A stretch of 63,999 nucleotides of DNA, filler included, from Octopus bimaculoides (taxonomy: Eukaryota), in NCBI RefSeq assembly GCF_001194135.2. It is 9 parts of 8 records of this genome, joined end to end, with 100 filler letters (N's around TTAATTAATTAA, not from the genome) between each part and the next. Parts side by side here need not be neighbours in the genome. Positions count along the whole stretch, not along the records: positions 2,155 to 20,761 come from NC_068987.1; positions 20,862 to 22,969 come from NW_026356878.1; positions 23,070 to 28,274 come from NC_068999.1; 6 more parts are not named here. One strand, given 5' to 3'. The number at the start of each line of letters is the position of its first letter. Position 1 is the first letter of the stretch. The translations under genes and the position numbers were made by a program. Below are positions 12,513 to 24,632 of this stretch, in pieces. The notes beneath the pieces are model-generated. The model made no database searches, was not told the DNA's origin, and worked only from the letters and a program-made list of their open reading frames with translations.

Positions 12513-14896
12513 GCTGACAAGCTGCTGTTGGCACACTAATGCTGGAGTGTATGTGTGTATGTAAGTATGTATGTATGTATGTATGTATGTATGTATATAT
12601 ATATATATATATATACTATAAACACACGTATGTACTGTATATATTTAGGTCATAGTTACGTTTATCTGTCAATGTGTTGTTAATGTGCTGTGCACTATAT
12701 GTGTGAGTGTGTACGTATGTGTGTGTGTGTGTGCGTGTGTGATGCTGATATGTGTTAGCCTATTGTAAGACATTCTCGTAGAACGCGTGTGTGACATGCT
12801 ATGTATTGGAAATGTGCACTTATGTATATGGTTGGCATGAAAACTGAACCGATACATTGTTGTTGTTATTGTTTAGCCTCTGGTCAGCCCTGAGCCAAAC
12901 TTATTTATCAATGACATTCCAGCTGTGACTGACCACCGTATCATTTTTTAAAAAAAATTTTATTTTTATTTATATTTGTTGCAAAACTATCACCACGTTA
13001 TCTAAATGTATACATTTCTAAGAGGGCAGTGATGTGATTTCAGGGAAATTTGGCTGCTATTTCTTGCATATCAAGCAACCACGTACAGGCTTCCTGCCCC
13101 TTGTTGCTTTAAAGACAGCCTTAGGTATGTGTGTATGTATGTGTGTGTGTGTGTATATATATATATATGTGTGTGTGTGTGTGGGGGGGGGTATGTGTAT
13201 GTAATGTTGCGTGAGAGAAACAAACAGGGCGAGCTTTTGTAACACTCGTAGCGTGCATGTGAAACTCTGTTTGCTTGTTGCAGTTGTGATGGAGCAGACC
13301 TCTTTCCAGTTCTGGCCATCCCCTATTATTATGCATATCTAATTATATCATCTTCTCTGTCCCTTTCTCTTTGGCTTCGACACTAAGGTATGAGTTTAGG
13401 GAGTTAGACCTGCTATTTCTGTAAAGACGAGTGGTCACATAGCGGTCTTAGCGTTGGCTTCAGTGGCATGTGTTTGTGTATGGGTTTAGGGCAAGGAGCC
13501 CAACAGGAATTTTACGAGGTTGTACATGATTACTTTCGGATCCCCAGTGGAGTGTCCCCTCAAAATTCTAAATTTATCTATTTATTTATTTATTATTTTT
13601 TTTTTTTAGAGAGGGGCCTGTCAGATATTCACGGGTCTCTCTCCTTAGATCTTTGGGTTTCCTGACCAACGACTGAACCTCCCTCTGATAAGCGTGTGCA
13701 TGTGTGCGCGTGTATGTGCATGCGTGCGTGCGTGTGTGAGTGTGTGCGTGTGTGTATGTGTGTACGTGTGCGTGCGTGCGTGTGCGTATGTATGCATGCA
13801 TGTATGTGTGTGTGGGGGGAATCCCATTACACGCTGCTTGTAGGAAATCCTATGTATGTTATTTAATTGAATTTCTAGATTTCTTGTCAATGGAGACAGA
13901 GCCGGCTTCTTAACCTAAATCCAAGGTGTCAGCTACATTAACAGGGTAGTTTGTACGTGTGTACAAGTGTGAAAGTATTTGGAGCCAGTATACATGCAGA
14001 TCTGTACGTTTTGTTTTATATATATATATATATNNNNNNNNNNNNNNNNNNNNNNNNNNNNNNNNNNNNNNNNNNNNNNNNNNNNNNNNNNNNNNNNNNN
14101 NNNNNNNNNNNNNNNNNNNNNNNNNNNNNNNNNNNNNNNNNNNNNNNNNNNNNNNNNNNNNNNNNNNNNNNNNNNNNNNNNNNNNNNNNNNNNNNNNNNN
14201 NNNNNNNNNNNNNNNNNNNNNNNNNNNNNNNNNNNNNNNNNNNNNNNNNNNNNNNNNNNNNNNNNNNNNNNNNNNNNNNNNNNNNNNNNNNNNNNNNNNN
14301 NNNNNNNNNNNNNNNNNNNNNNNNNNNNNNNNNNNNNNNNNNNNNNNNNNNNNNNNNNNNNNNNNNNNNNNNNNNNNNNNNNNNNNNNNNNNNNNNNNNN
14401 NNNNNNNNNNNNNNNNNNNNNNNNNNNNNNNNNNNNNNNNNNNNNNNNNNNNNNNNNNNNNNNNNNNNNNNNNNNNNNNNNNNNNNNNNNNNNNNNNNNN
14501 NNNNNNNNNNNNNNNNNNNNNNNNNNNNNNNNNNNNNNNNNNNNNNNNNNNNNNNNNNNNNNNNNNNNNNNNNNNNNNNNNNNNNNNNNNNNNNNNNNNN
14601 NNNNNNNNNNNNNNNNNNNNNNNNNNNNNNNNNNNNNNNNNNNNNNNNNNNNNNNNNNNNNNNNNNNNNNNNNNNNNNNNNNNNNNNNNNNNNNNNNNNN
14701 NNNNNNNNNNNNNNNNNNNNNNNNNNNNNNNNNNNNNNNNNNNNNNNNNNNNNNNNNNNNNNNNNNNNNNNNNNNNNNNNNNNNNNNNNNNNNNNNNNNN
14801 NNNNNNNNNNNNNNNNNNNNNNNNNNNNNNNNNNNNNNNNNNNNNNNNNNNNNNNNNNNNNNNNNNNNNNNNNNNNNNNNNNNNNNNNNNNNNNNN

Positions 14897-16501
14897 TGGT
14901 ACTTAATTTAACTGGTACTCATCTCGCAAGGATGAAAGGCAAAGTCGACCTCGGCAGAATTTGAACTGAGAACGTAAGGACGGCCGAAATACCGCTTAGC
15001 ATTTCATCCAGCGTGCTAACGATTCTGCCAGCTCGCCGCCTTAATAATAAAGATAATCCTTTCTACTAAAAGCACAAGGCCTGAAATTTTGGGTAGGGGT
15101 TAAGTCAATTACACCGACCCAGTACTTAACTGGTACTTAATTTATCCACCCGGAAAAGATGAAAGGCAAAGTCGACCACGGCGGAATTTGAACTCAGAAC
15201 GTAGCATTTTGCCCGGCGTGCTAACGATTCTGTCAGCTTGCCGCCTCAATAACAACAACAATAATAATAATAGTTTTGTGTTGGTATAAAAGTTGGGCTA
15301 CAGCAAATATTCTGTACAATACCACAGATTTGCTTGTCAGTTGTTTGACCTTAACTAGTTGAGCATGTCCTGTGGTGGCTGACGATATGTGCATCTCTGA
15401 TCACGTGCAGAAGTAGTAGGGGAGCATCATAGCCATGTGTTGAGAGGAATTTATTTGGAGTTCGAATATTTCATCTCTGGAAACATGAGTGATGCATGTA
15501 CCTGGTGTACCCTTATCAGACGGGTAGTCATGATGGGTATACTGGGCTTCATATATTTTACCTCAGGGTCACATTGATGGTATGGTCAGCTCTCTCACTC
15601 AATAATAATAATGATTTCTTTATTAACCAGAAGGGTTTACATTAAGAAAAACATTATGGACNNNNNNNNNNACATATAGATACATATCTGGGTACATGAC
15701 GTTGCAAAAAAACATGGACAATATGATAAACACGGTACAAAAAACAAGCAGGTCACATAGAGAACATATCCTTCATCAGCTGCCACCATTAAAACACTGG
15801 CGTTTCGAAGAGTTAGCAGCATGTATCGTAAGTGCAGGTATACAACTTCCTTAGTGGGTGCAAGCCCAGGACCAAAAATTTTTACAAACAAGATAGACTT
15901 TTTTTTCCATCTTAATATTAAAACGAACGCAGGTATAACAATAATGATTTCAAATTTAGGCGCAAGGCCAGCAATTTAACAGGTGGGGCTAAGTCGATTT
16001 TATTGACCCAGGGTTCAACTGTTATTTATTTTATCAGCCTCGAGAGGATGAAAGACAAAGTCGACCTCGGTGACATTTGAACTCAGATCGCGAGGACAGA
16101 CGAGATGCCGCTAAGCATTTTGCCCGGCGCGCTGACTATAAAAACAGCTCGCCGTTCTAGGTATAATAATAATAATCCTTTCTCCTAAAGGCACAAAGCC
16201 TAAAATTTGGCGGATGGTGGTGGTGGTGGGGGGGGACAAGTCGATTATATCGACCCAGTGTTTAACTGGTACTTAATTTAACTGGTACTCATCTCGCAAG
16301 GATGAAAGGCAAAGTCGACCTCGGCAGAATTTGAACTGAGAACGTAAGGACGGCCGAAATACCGCTAAGCATTTCATCCAGCGTGCTAACGATTCTGCCA
16401 GCTCGCCGCCTTAATAATAAAGATAATCCTTTCTACTAAAAGCACAAGGCCTGAAATTTTGGGTAGGGGTTAAGTCAATTACACCGACCCAGTACTTAAC
16501 T
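14897..16501 (-). mobile_element. Cluster of head-to-tail SINE A copies; 14897-15131 recurs at 16267-16501
   Basis: Several reverse-strand SINE A copies separated by (TAA)n; the two 235-bp segments differ at one base. Confidence 0.85.
15275..15610 (+). mobile_element. Unclassified retroelement 3' segment ending in CTCTCTCACTC-(AAT)n
   Basis: The same terminus occurs reversed at about 28658-28685 next to (ATT)n. Confidence 0.45.
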
Positions 16502-17186
16502 NNNNNNNNNNNNNNNNNNNNNNNNNNNNNNNNNNNNNNNNNNNNNNNNNNNNNNNNNNNNNNNNNNNNNNNNNNNNNNNNNNNNNNNNNNNNNNNNNNN
16601 NNNNNNNNNNNNNNNNNNNNNNNNNNNNNNNNNNNNNNNNNNNNNNNNNNNNNNNNNNNNNNNNNNNNNNNNNNNNNNNNNNNNNNNNNNNNNNNNNNNN
16701 NNNNNNNNNNNNNNNNNNNNNNNNNNNNNNNNNNNNNNNNNNNNNNNNNNNNNNNNNNNNNNNNNNNNNNNNNNNNNNNNNNNNNNNNNNNNNNNNNNNN
16801 NNNNNNNNNNNNNNNNNNNNNNNNNNNNNNNNNNNNNNNNNNNNNNNNNNNNNNNNNNNNNNNNNNNNNNNNNNNNNNNNNNNNNNNNNNNNNNNNNNNN
16901 NNNNNNNNNNNNNNNNNNNNNNNNNNNNNNNNNNNNNNNNNNNNNNNNNNNNNNNNNNNNNNNNNNNNNNNNNNNNNNNNNNNNNNNNNNNNNNNNNNNN
17001 NNNNNNNNNNNNNNNNNNNNNNNNNNNNNNNNNNNNNNNNNNNNNNNNNNNNNNNNNNNNNNNNNNNNNNNNNNNNNNNNNNNNNNNNNNNNNNNNNNNN
17101 NNNNNNNNNNNNNNNNNNNNNNNNNNNNNNNNNNNNNNNNNNNNNNNNNNNNNNNNNNNNNNNNNNNNNNNNNNNNNNNNNNNNNN

Positions 17187-18289
17187 GCGTATGCTCAGGG
17201 CAGGCTCGTTCACTCGCACCATTCTCGCCACTTTCAGCCACCTTTCGGCAAACTGGTTAGAACACAACACTTCTCTCTCTACCTTTATTTTCCTTTTCAA
17301 GTGAATCTTGAAGAAGCTCATCACAGATTGGCCAAAGAGAAGTGTTTGTCTTCAGCCCCTTCAATTTCGCCCAGGCCAACAGGCATAGTCAAGAAACCCC
17401 ACCATCCAAGATCACCCTGAGAGCCCACTCCAACTTCTTTCTTCCGACTCACAGGTCTACACTGAGAGTGGTACCATCCACTCTTGCTATTGTTTCTATT
17501 CTAATCGCTCTCTTCGGAGTGATTCACCACCAGTTGTTGACGATAGCCCCTGTCAACTGCCGCTAAACCAGTTCGCTAATCCGGTCCCTGAAATCTTTGT
17601 GAGCCAGTAAGAACGCATTCAACTTCCAGTTACTGGGTCACTGTCTACGGTTTCAATCTAAATCGACTGAACATATAAATTTGTGATCTTTGTAACCGAC
17701 CAATTTCAATTGTGGACAACCTACGCTATCCCTATCCTCTGACTTAACAAATACTCTATTTAAATACGATCTGGATGACCCACTGTGGTTGCTTCTTGTC
17801 CACACAGGCATATCAGGGAAATCCAGTCGGTACCTGTCAGAAAGCTGGAGAGTCCTGCGCAAGTCTTCGAGGCTTTTACACTCCCTTCTACTATGTGCTA
17901 ACCCCACACATTCCTCCGTGCGTCCAAAATACTATTCCAGTCCCCCACTAGTACTAAAGAATGTTTCTAGGCACCTGGAGAAATCTGGCCTCCTAGCCCC
18001 TTCGCTGCCATTCACGTCCAGGACCACTACCCTACCATCCGGGTCCAGGAAGATAGCCCGAACTTGGAGATCTAAGGATTTCCGGAGTAGCACTGCTACA
18101 CCGCTACCTGCTCCTGATAGACCACAAAATGAGAATACATCGTAATCCTCAAAATTGGATGGCAGAGCGTGTTTTCTGGAAATCCTTGTTTCACTAATGG
18201 CAGCCACATCTAAATCAAACGACCTGAGATCATTGAGCAAGTGGCTTGCTTCCAAGCTGATCCCAGGCCACGCACATCCACACACTCAT
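17187..18289 (-). pseudogene. ORF2 apurinic-like endonuclease domain, frameshifted
   Basis: LLNDLRSFDLDVAAISETR, GSGVAVLL, DPDGRVVVLD, WTRSN..SRSYLNRVFV, GYKDHK, then a WKLN-type motif; several stops and frameshifts. Confidence 0.85.
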
Positions 18290-18334
18290 TCTCAGTACAG
18301 TCATGCTAGTCGGAGAAAGAAAATGAGGAGGTTA

Positions 18335-19753
18335 CTAACCTTGATTTTCAAGAAGCACGGAAGTTTCGGGCCTCTCTACTGGCGAAAATGTTTTAAAAGG
18401 CCCTTCCAACAGCCTTTTATCAACAGATTTTTTTAAAATCCCCACACTACATGGACATTTTTCTCTTATAATTTTATAAACGTCTGACGACGTTTTAATT
18501 AAGATTCTGTCCCTGGGGGTTTTGAGGATGGAATCCTCAAATTCCTTTCCTTCTGTCTTTATTTTGTTTTTGTTTTGACTTACAAAATCCATCAATTCAT
18601 TGTTGCACTTGTTTACAGCAGCGAAATTGATGGATACATTTCTTCTACAGTTTGATGAATATTTTTGAAGTTCGGTAATGGTTGTTTCTGTGTTTCTGTG
18701 ATTTCATGCTGTTGTTTATGATGTTGCTGTTTCTGAAGTTGTTGTTCTTGTTGGAGTAGTTGTGAATTGTGTTACAGTTGTGGTGGCAGAATAAGTTTTT
18801 GTTGATTTCTTGGATTAGGGCTATGTACTCTCCTCCTCTTTCACCTACTCCCTTTTGACACTGATCTATTGATCATTCAGCTTTTCTGTTTCCATGTCAC
18901 TGGATGTTGGTTTGGGAAGAAGAGCATTTGGGAGGAAGAGCATCTGTGACAACCAGGGATAGACTCCTTCTTTGTCTTGGTTTGAGAGTGGGGTGTGCGT
19001 GGGCGTGGGAGTAGGTATAGGAATCTTGAGAATTTGTTTATGATTTTGCGCCTGTGGTGTTTGTAATGTTGGTAGCAGTGGGACTTCATTCTTACTTGTT
19101 TCTGGGTAGAAAGCTGTTAAGTGAGTTATAGATCCACATATGTGACATCTTGGCCTTCTACCCTCCACGACCACTGATAGGTGAGCGCCATCCGGGAGAT
19201 CGATTAGATCGAACAGCTGGTCGATATGGTCGTGCTTGCATTGCAAGGTCAGTTCCATACCTACACCTGATAAGTTTTGCTTAGGTAGTTTCTTGACCTC
19301 CAGTATTGTGACTTCGTCTTCTTCTAAACCTGCCAAGACGGCCGCCACTGACCAGGTAATGGATATTTCTGGCGGCACATTCAGCACCCTAATCTTGGCA
19401 AGACGTTGGCTGCGATAGCTGGGGATTAAGAAAAAGTTGTCATTCTTCAAAGTGGTTGTGGAATTACACCTAGCTTCTTCTTCCGTCCATTTCACCTCAA
19501 TGGTTCCAAACTTCTTTCCTCGGGTGATGTGGGTCTTTTGTTCCCCCACGCACCCAAGCCATTTTTGTACTTCGCTCTCGGGAGCATTTTCCACTCGCCT
19601 AGACTTGACTCCGATACAACATTATGTGACCGTGCATCTCGCAATATTTTCTATTACGTCCGACAGTGGGTTTAGAACCAACCTTCTCCCATCTCTTTTA
19701 ACAATTTTTCTAGCAAATTTTAATTTTTCTTCATCTATGTGGAAGCACTCCAT
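18335..19753 (-). pseudogene. ORF1 gag-like protein with degenerate CCHC knuckle
   Basis: Met at 19753 (MECFHIDEEK..), in-frame TAA at 19622-19624, then KIRVLNVPPEI and VEGRRPRCHICGSITHLTAFYP (last Cys changed to Tyr); frameshifted C-terminal part to about 18335. Confidence 0.75.
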
Positions 19754-20334
19754 GTTTCTCGCTGCTGACGCAAAATATCAGGGGCGACATTTGCATTTTT
19801 ATGTTTTATTTGTTTTTGTATTGTCGCTGTTTTTTTTTCTTGCTGTTGTTGTCGTTGTTGTTCTTGCTGCTGCTGCCACAGCTGCTGCTGTTACTGCTGT
19901 CACTGATGCTGCTGTTGTTCTCTTTGACAACACCTAAAGTTTTGATGTTGCTTAGAAATGTAACATTTTTTGCCCGGTGACGTTATTAAGTTTAGGCCAT
20001 TCGATGTTAATATTTTTATTTCTTTCCCTGTTCTCAAAATTTTTCAAGCCATTTATGATGGCTTCCTTATCAGCCATCTTTTAAAAATTGCAGAAAATTG
20101 CGAAATATTTATTTTTGCCGAAAACAGTAAAAGTTCAAAAATTATTTATGCGCACCCCCTGCAAAACAGTGGGTGTTTTTACACAAAAATACTATCTGCA
20201 CAATCGAGACAATTTCCGAAATGTAATGGCAACAACAGAAATGAAAAGACGGGGCTTTAGAAGGCCGAAAAGATTGCAAATACATTTTCAACTTATGGAG
20301 CACCAAATTTCCGTGACTTCACAGTACGGCGACC

Positions 20335-20369
<35 letters not shown>

Positions 20370-20372
<3 letters not shown>

Positions 20373-20568
20373 CCTTTTTACTATAGGCACAAGGCTTGAA
20401 ATTTGGTGGGAGGAGACTAGTAGATTATATCGACCCCAGTGTTTCACTTGTACTTATTTTATGAAAGGCAAAGTCGACCTCAGTGGAATTTGAACTCAGA
20501 ACATAGCGACGGGCGAAATACTGCTAAGCGTTTCGTCCAGCGTGCTAATTCTGCCAGCTCGCCGCCTT
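20370..20568 (-). mobile_element. SINE family A, near full length, flanked by (TAA)n on both sides
   Basis: Family A motifs in reverse complement. Confidence 0.85.
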
Positions 20569-20569
20569 C

Positions 20570-20620
<51 letters not shown>

Positions 20621-20622
20621 TA

Positions 20623-20761
20623 GGATACAACATACACAAATGAAAGAAAAAATAAAGAAAGAGTACTATAGACGAGTTAGATCAATACTAAAAACAGAGC
20701 TCAATGCTAAAAACAAGATAATGGGTATCAACACTTTAGCTGTCCCAATTATAAGCTACAG
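20623..20761 (+). mobile_element. R4/Dong-like (RLE-type) LINE, 5'-truncated RT C-terminal fragment
   Basis: IQHTQMKEKIKKEYYRRVRSILKTELNAKNKIMGINTLAVPIISYS, starting directly after (TAA)n and running into a gap. Confidence 0.75.
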
Positions 20762-21472
20762 NNNNNNNNNNNNNNNNNNNNNNNNNNNNNNNNNNNNNNN
20801 NNNNNTTAATTAATTAANNNNNNNNNNNNNNNNNNNNNNNNNNNNNNNNNNNNNNNNNNNNGTGTGTATGTTTGTACTTACGCATATATAAACGTACATT
20901 CCTCTATGTGTATCGATGTATGAGTGAATATGAAATGATTCGCACTCAGAAATAGAAAAAATACAGACATATACGAGAAGTACGCGGAAACACGCTGTGG
21001 GACGCGCCCGTTGTAGTTCAGGCTTCCACCGCTAGAAGCCACTTGATGCGACCTTCAGGCATCAGTCTGCTGACCAGCGCCGTCAATGCTTTGCGCTCAT
21101 CACTAACTACCACTTATCCGAATTTGTGGGAACTATGCACTGCCCTTTAATCCGAGGAAGGATTAAGCCAGACAAAAATTGCACACGTTCGACATGGAGA
21201 CGCACACACACACACACACAAAGACCTATCAAATTATTGATACTCGACTGAAAAATCTAGTTCAGGAATATCAAAATGGAAACTCTCTGCAATTTTAAAG
21301 AAGTAGCAAACAGAAACATTGAAGGAAAGGGAAAAATAAAACGACGGTGATTACCAGAAATGTTCCAAGGCTTCAATGTCAAGCAGAGAGTAGCGGAGTT
21401 GTTTTTAACGAAGAAAATTAAAGAGAAAGGCACGTCAGAGTTCGTAACAGAAAGTGGCTTACTGGAATACTA

Positions 21473-21519
<47 letters not shown>

Positions 21520-22222
21520 ATGTACGTGCATGCTCGCTCGTACGTGCGTGTGTGCTAGAAAGAATAAGGTGTTCGGAAAATGTAGAGTATGAGCATGTGT
21601 TTTGATGAGTTACTGCTCGGATACATACATGCATATTCACACACACACACACACANNNNNNNNNNNNNNNNNNNNNNNNNNNNNNNNNNNNNNNNNNNNN
21701 NNNNNNNNNNNNNNNNNNNNNNNNNNNNNNNNNNNNNNNNNNNNNNNNNNNNNNNNNNNNNNNNNNNNNNNNNNNNNNNNNNNNNNNNNNNNNNNNNNNN
21801 NNNNNNNNNNNNNNNNNNNNNNNNNNNNNNNNNNNNNNNNNNNNNNNNNNNNNNNNNNNNNNNNNNNNNNNNNNNNNNNNNNNNNNNNNNNNNNNNNNNN
21901 NNNNNNNNNNNNNNNNNNNNNNNNNNNNNNNNNNNNNNNNNNNNNNNNNNNNNNNNNNNNNNNNNNNNNNNNNNNNNNNNNNNNNNNNNNNNNNNNNNNN
22001 NNNNNNNNNNNNNNNNNNNNNNNNNNNNNNNNNNNNNNNNNNNNNNNNNNNNNNNNNNNNNNNNNNNNNNNNNNNNNNNNNNNNNNNNNNNNNNNNNNNN
22101 NNNNNNNNNNNNNNNNNNNNNNNNNNNNNNNNNNNNNNNNNNNNNNNNNNNNNNNNNNNNNNNNNNNNNNNNNNNNNNNNNNNNNNNNNNNNNNNNNNNN
22201 NNNNNNNNNNNNNNNNNNNNNN

Positions 22223-22262
<40 letters not shown>

Positions 22263-22728
22263 CATATATATATGCTTCAGTCATATGATGTATAATAAAT
22301 ATCATATACATCATATATACACCACGTATATGTATGCATGAGTATGTATATATATATATATATGTAGGTATGTATTTGTGTGTGTGTGTGTGTGTGCGGG
22401 GTGCATTTCATTTTAAATATATATAACAAAAATCTCTCTTTTCCACTGTCCAACCATTTGTCTTCATTATAATTAATTGAATTACCTCTGAAATATCAAT
22501 ACTTTTTTTCTTCTTCATAGGGTTATCTCTTAAAAATAATTTATAAAATGTAATATTACTGTAATATTTCTAAAACACCATCACACACACACACATACAC
22601 ATTCACGCACATACACGTACAATACACATACACTTGCAAGTATGCATACGCAGAGATATACACAGCTACACACACACACACATACACACACACACATATA
22701 TATGTATATGCATATCAGTACATATGTG

Positions 22729-22759
<31 letters not shown>

Positions 22760-22925
22760 ATATAGGTGTACTGGTGTGTGTATATGTGTATATATTGGTT
22801 AATAAGATATTCATATATGTATATGTTTGTATGCACGCATATTTACATACACACATACTCACACACACACACATGAGCATATATATGTATGTGCGTGTGT
22901 GTATGTAAATATGTGTGTACAGTAA

Positions 22926-22969
<44 letters not shown>

Positions 22970-23197
22970 NNNNNNNNNNNNNNNNNNNNNNNNNNNNNNN
23001 NNNNNNNNNNNNNTTAATTAATTAANNNNNNNNNNNNNNNNNNNNNNNNNNNNNNNNNNNNNNNNNNNNCAAAAAACAACAGACGAAGACAGGTGATATT
23101 GAAAACAAATAGATATATTAGTATAACGCTCGGGTATTGAGAAAGTTTTATATGTGTGTGTGTATCTGTAAATAACATGTGACAATTAAATTCGGTA

Positions 23198-23267
23198 GCC
23201 ATGATAAAACTCTGAGTTTCGGATGTTGGGGTGGAAACCCACGCCACCATCTCTTCAGTTATCTGGC
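23198..23267 (-). ncRNA. Type I minimal hammerhead ribozyme motif in a Penelope-like terminal repeat
   Basis: Minus strand reads GCCA GATAA CTGAAGA GATG..CATC C GAAAC TCAGA GTT TTATC A TGGC; a related partial copy lies on + at about 44884-44965. Confidence 0.6.
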
Positions 23268-23283
23268 CTTCGAAAAAATACTA

Positions 23284-24465
23284 TGTAAATGACCGTTAAA
23301 CAAAGGGAAATTACTGTGCGATTGACCGTTATTAAGGCAAAAGAACTATTAGAATGACCGCTAAGTGAGGGGAGGGAGTAAAGGTAAGGGAGTAAAAATG
23401 TCCATAGCATTCGCATAAGTGCACCAGTCCATACATACACATGCGCGCCCGCACACTCACGTACATGCACCTGTAGTGTACCTCTCTCTCTGTTATATAT
23501 ACATGAGTGCAGACATAGTGGTTAACAGCTAGCCTTCGGCCATACGTTTTGACCCTGTTGTGTCCACCACTCTGATTGGTTGGTATTGGCGTATTTTTGT
23601 CTCCTGTTTTATTTCGCGCCAGGGTGCAACCCAACCAATCACAGCCTTCAGATAAGGTCGCGTGGGACAGTCTTTCTGAACCCCTGTTTGACCCTATAGT
23701 ATCTTATAAATAGGTAGCTTTTCACCGTCCCGGTTGTCAGTCAGCTTTAGACCTTCTGAGGTCTAGCCGCTGGCCACAGAACACACAGCTAGTTCCAGCG
23801 ACGACATGAAACAGCTTCATGGAGATCCAACACTTCGTTCAACAGCTTACTGCAAACTCCTTCTTCGTCGCCACCGCCAGCTTCTTAGCGTCTACACCGA
23901 CGTCTCTACGTACACACCACCAACAGCACCCGCACAGGTTCTCTCAACACTGTTTGTGAATTGCTTCACCATGATTAACAGCGAGTACAATCTGCGAGAC
24001 CTCCTGTACCAAGTAACTGGCCGCAGCATCGGAGCTTCAACTTCTCGTGCGACAGTGACTTTTCTCGGCTCTGCCTTGCCGCCACAACTTCTTGTACAGC
24101 ACTTCAACTACTGTGTACCTTGACTATGAACTGGTATTTACCATCCTTGTGTCTGGACTTTCTTCTAATGTCCTTGTAGACTCTTTTCTATGCTTTGTAT
24201 TTCTCGCACACACATAGATCCAAGTTTGTATACACATACACTTTGCATGACGGCCTGTCTATTATTGTGTTTATTATGTCGCACTCACACACACAGACAT
24301 ACAAGTTGACATATCAATAAAACCTTCTACCGGTTGTGTCTCTCTTTTCCTTTTTGGCACTTATACTCAATTAACCTCTTTTCTTGTTTTTTATTTGTAT
24401 CGACCGTGCGATGTGCTAAAAAAAGCCATTCCTCGTCACCATATCCTGGTCACACGGTCGTTACA
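23284..24465 (+). mobile_element. Solo LTR (about 1.18 kb)
   Basis: Inverted termini TGTAAATGACCG / CGGTCGTTACA; CCAAT boxes at 23575 (reverse) and 23635, TATAAATA at 23705, AATAAA at 24316; the TSD is only approximate (TACTA/TACCT). Confidence 0.75.
23575..23712 (+). promoter_or_regulatory. Putative LTR promoter (CCAAT x2 and TATA)
   Basis: ATTGG 23575-23579, CCAAT 23635-23639, TATAAATA 23705-23712; activity not shown. Confidence 0.5.
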
Positions 24466-24632
24466 TACCTATATGCATATACTCATCCACCCTAATTTGA
24501 AACACACGCATGCTCACCCACACATTTGCCAAAAAATATATACATGCCCGCATATACGCTCGCACACAATATATACATACCCGCATACACACGCGGGGAA
24601 AAAAGTTCATACACACGTCTGTATACGCACAT

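Larger units (their letters stand above)
17187..20334 (-). mobile_element. Tx1/L1-clade non-LTR retrotransposon, 5' half (5'UTR, ORF1, endonuclease); 3' part lost in the gap
   Basis: ORF1 with a zinc knuckle followed by an APE domain with L1/Tx1 motifs (see sub-features); the inferred 5' end abuts (TTA)n. Confidence 0.85.

Noticed and set aside
15770-15815. GAAAC...CTGATGA on the minus strand (also about 54530-54585) as a hammerhead
   Set aside because: The motif order would require type II topology, but stem III, the UH site and the 10.1-11.1 pair cannot be formed.
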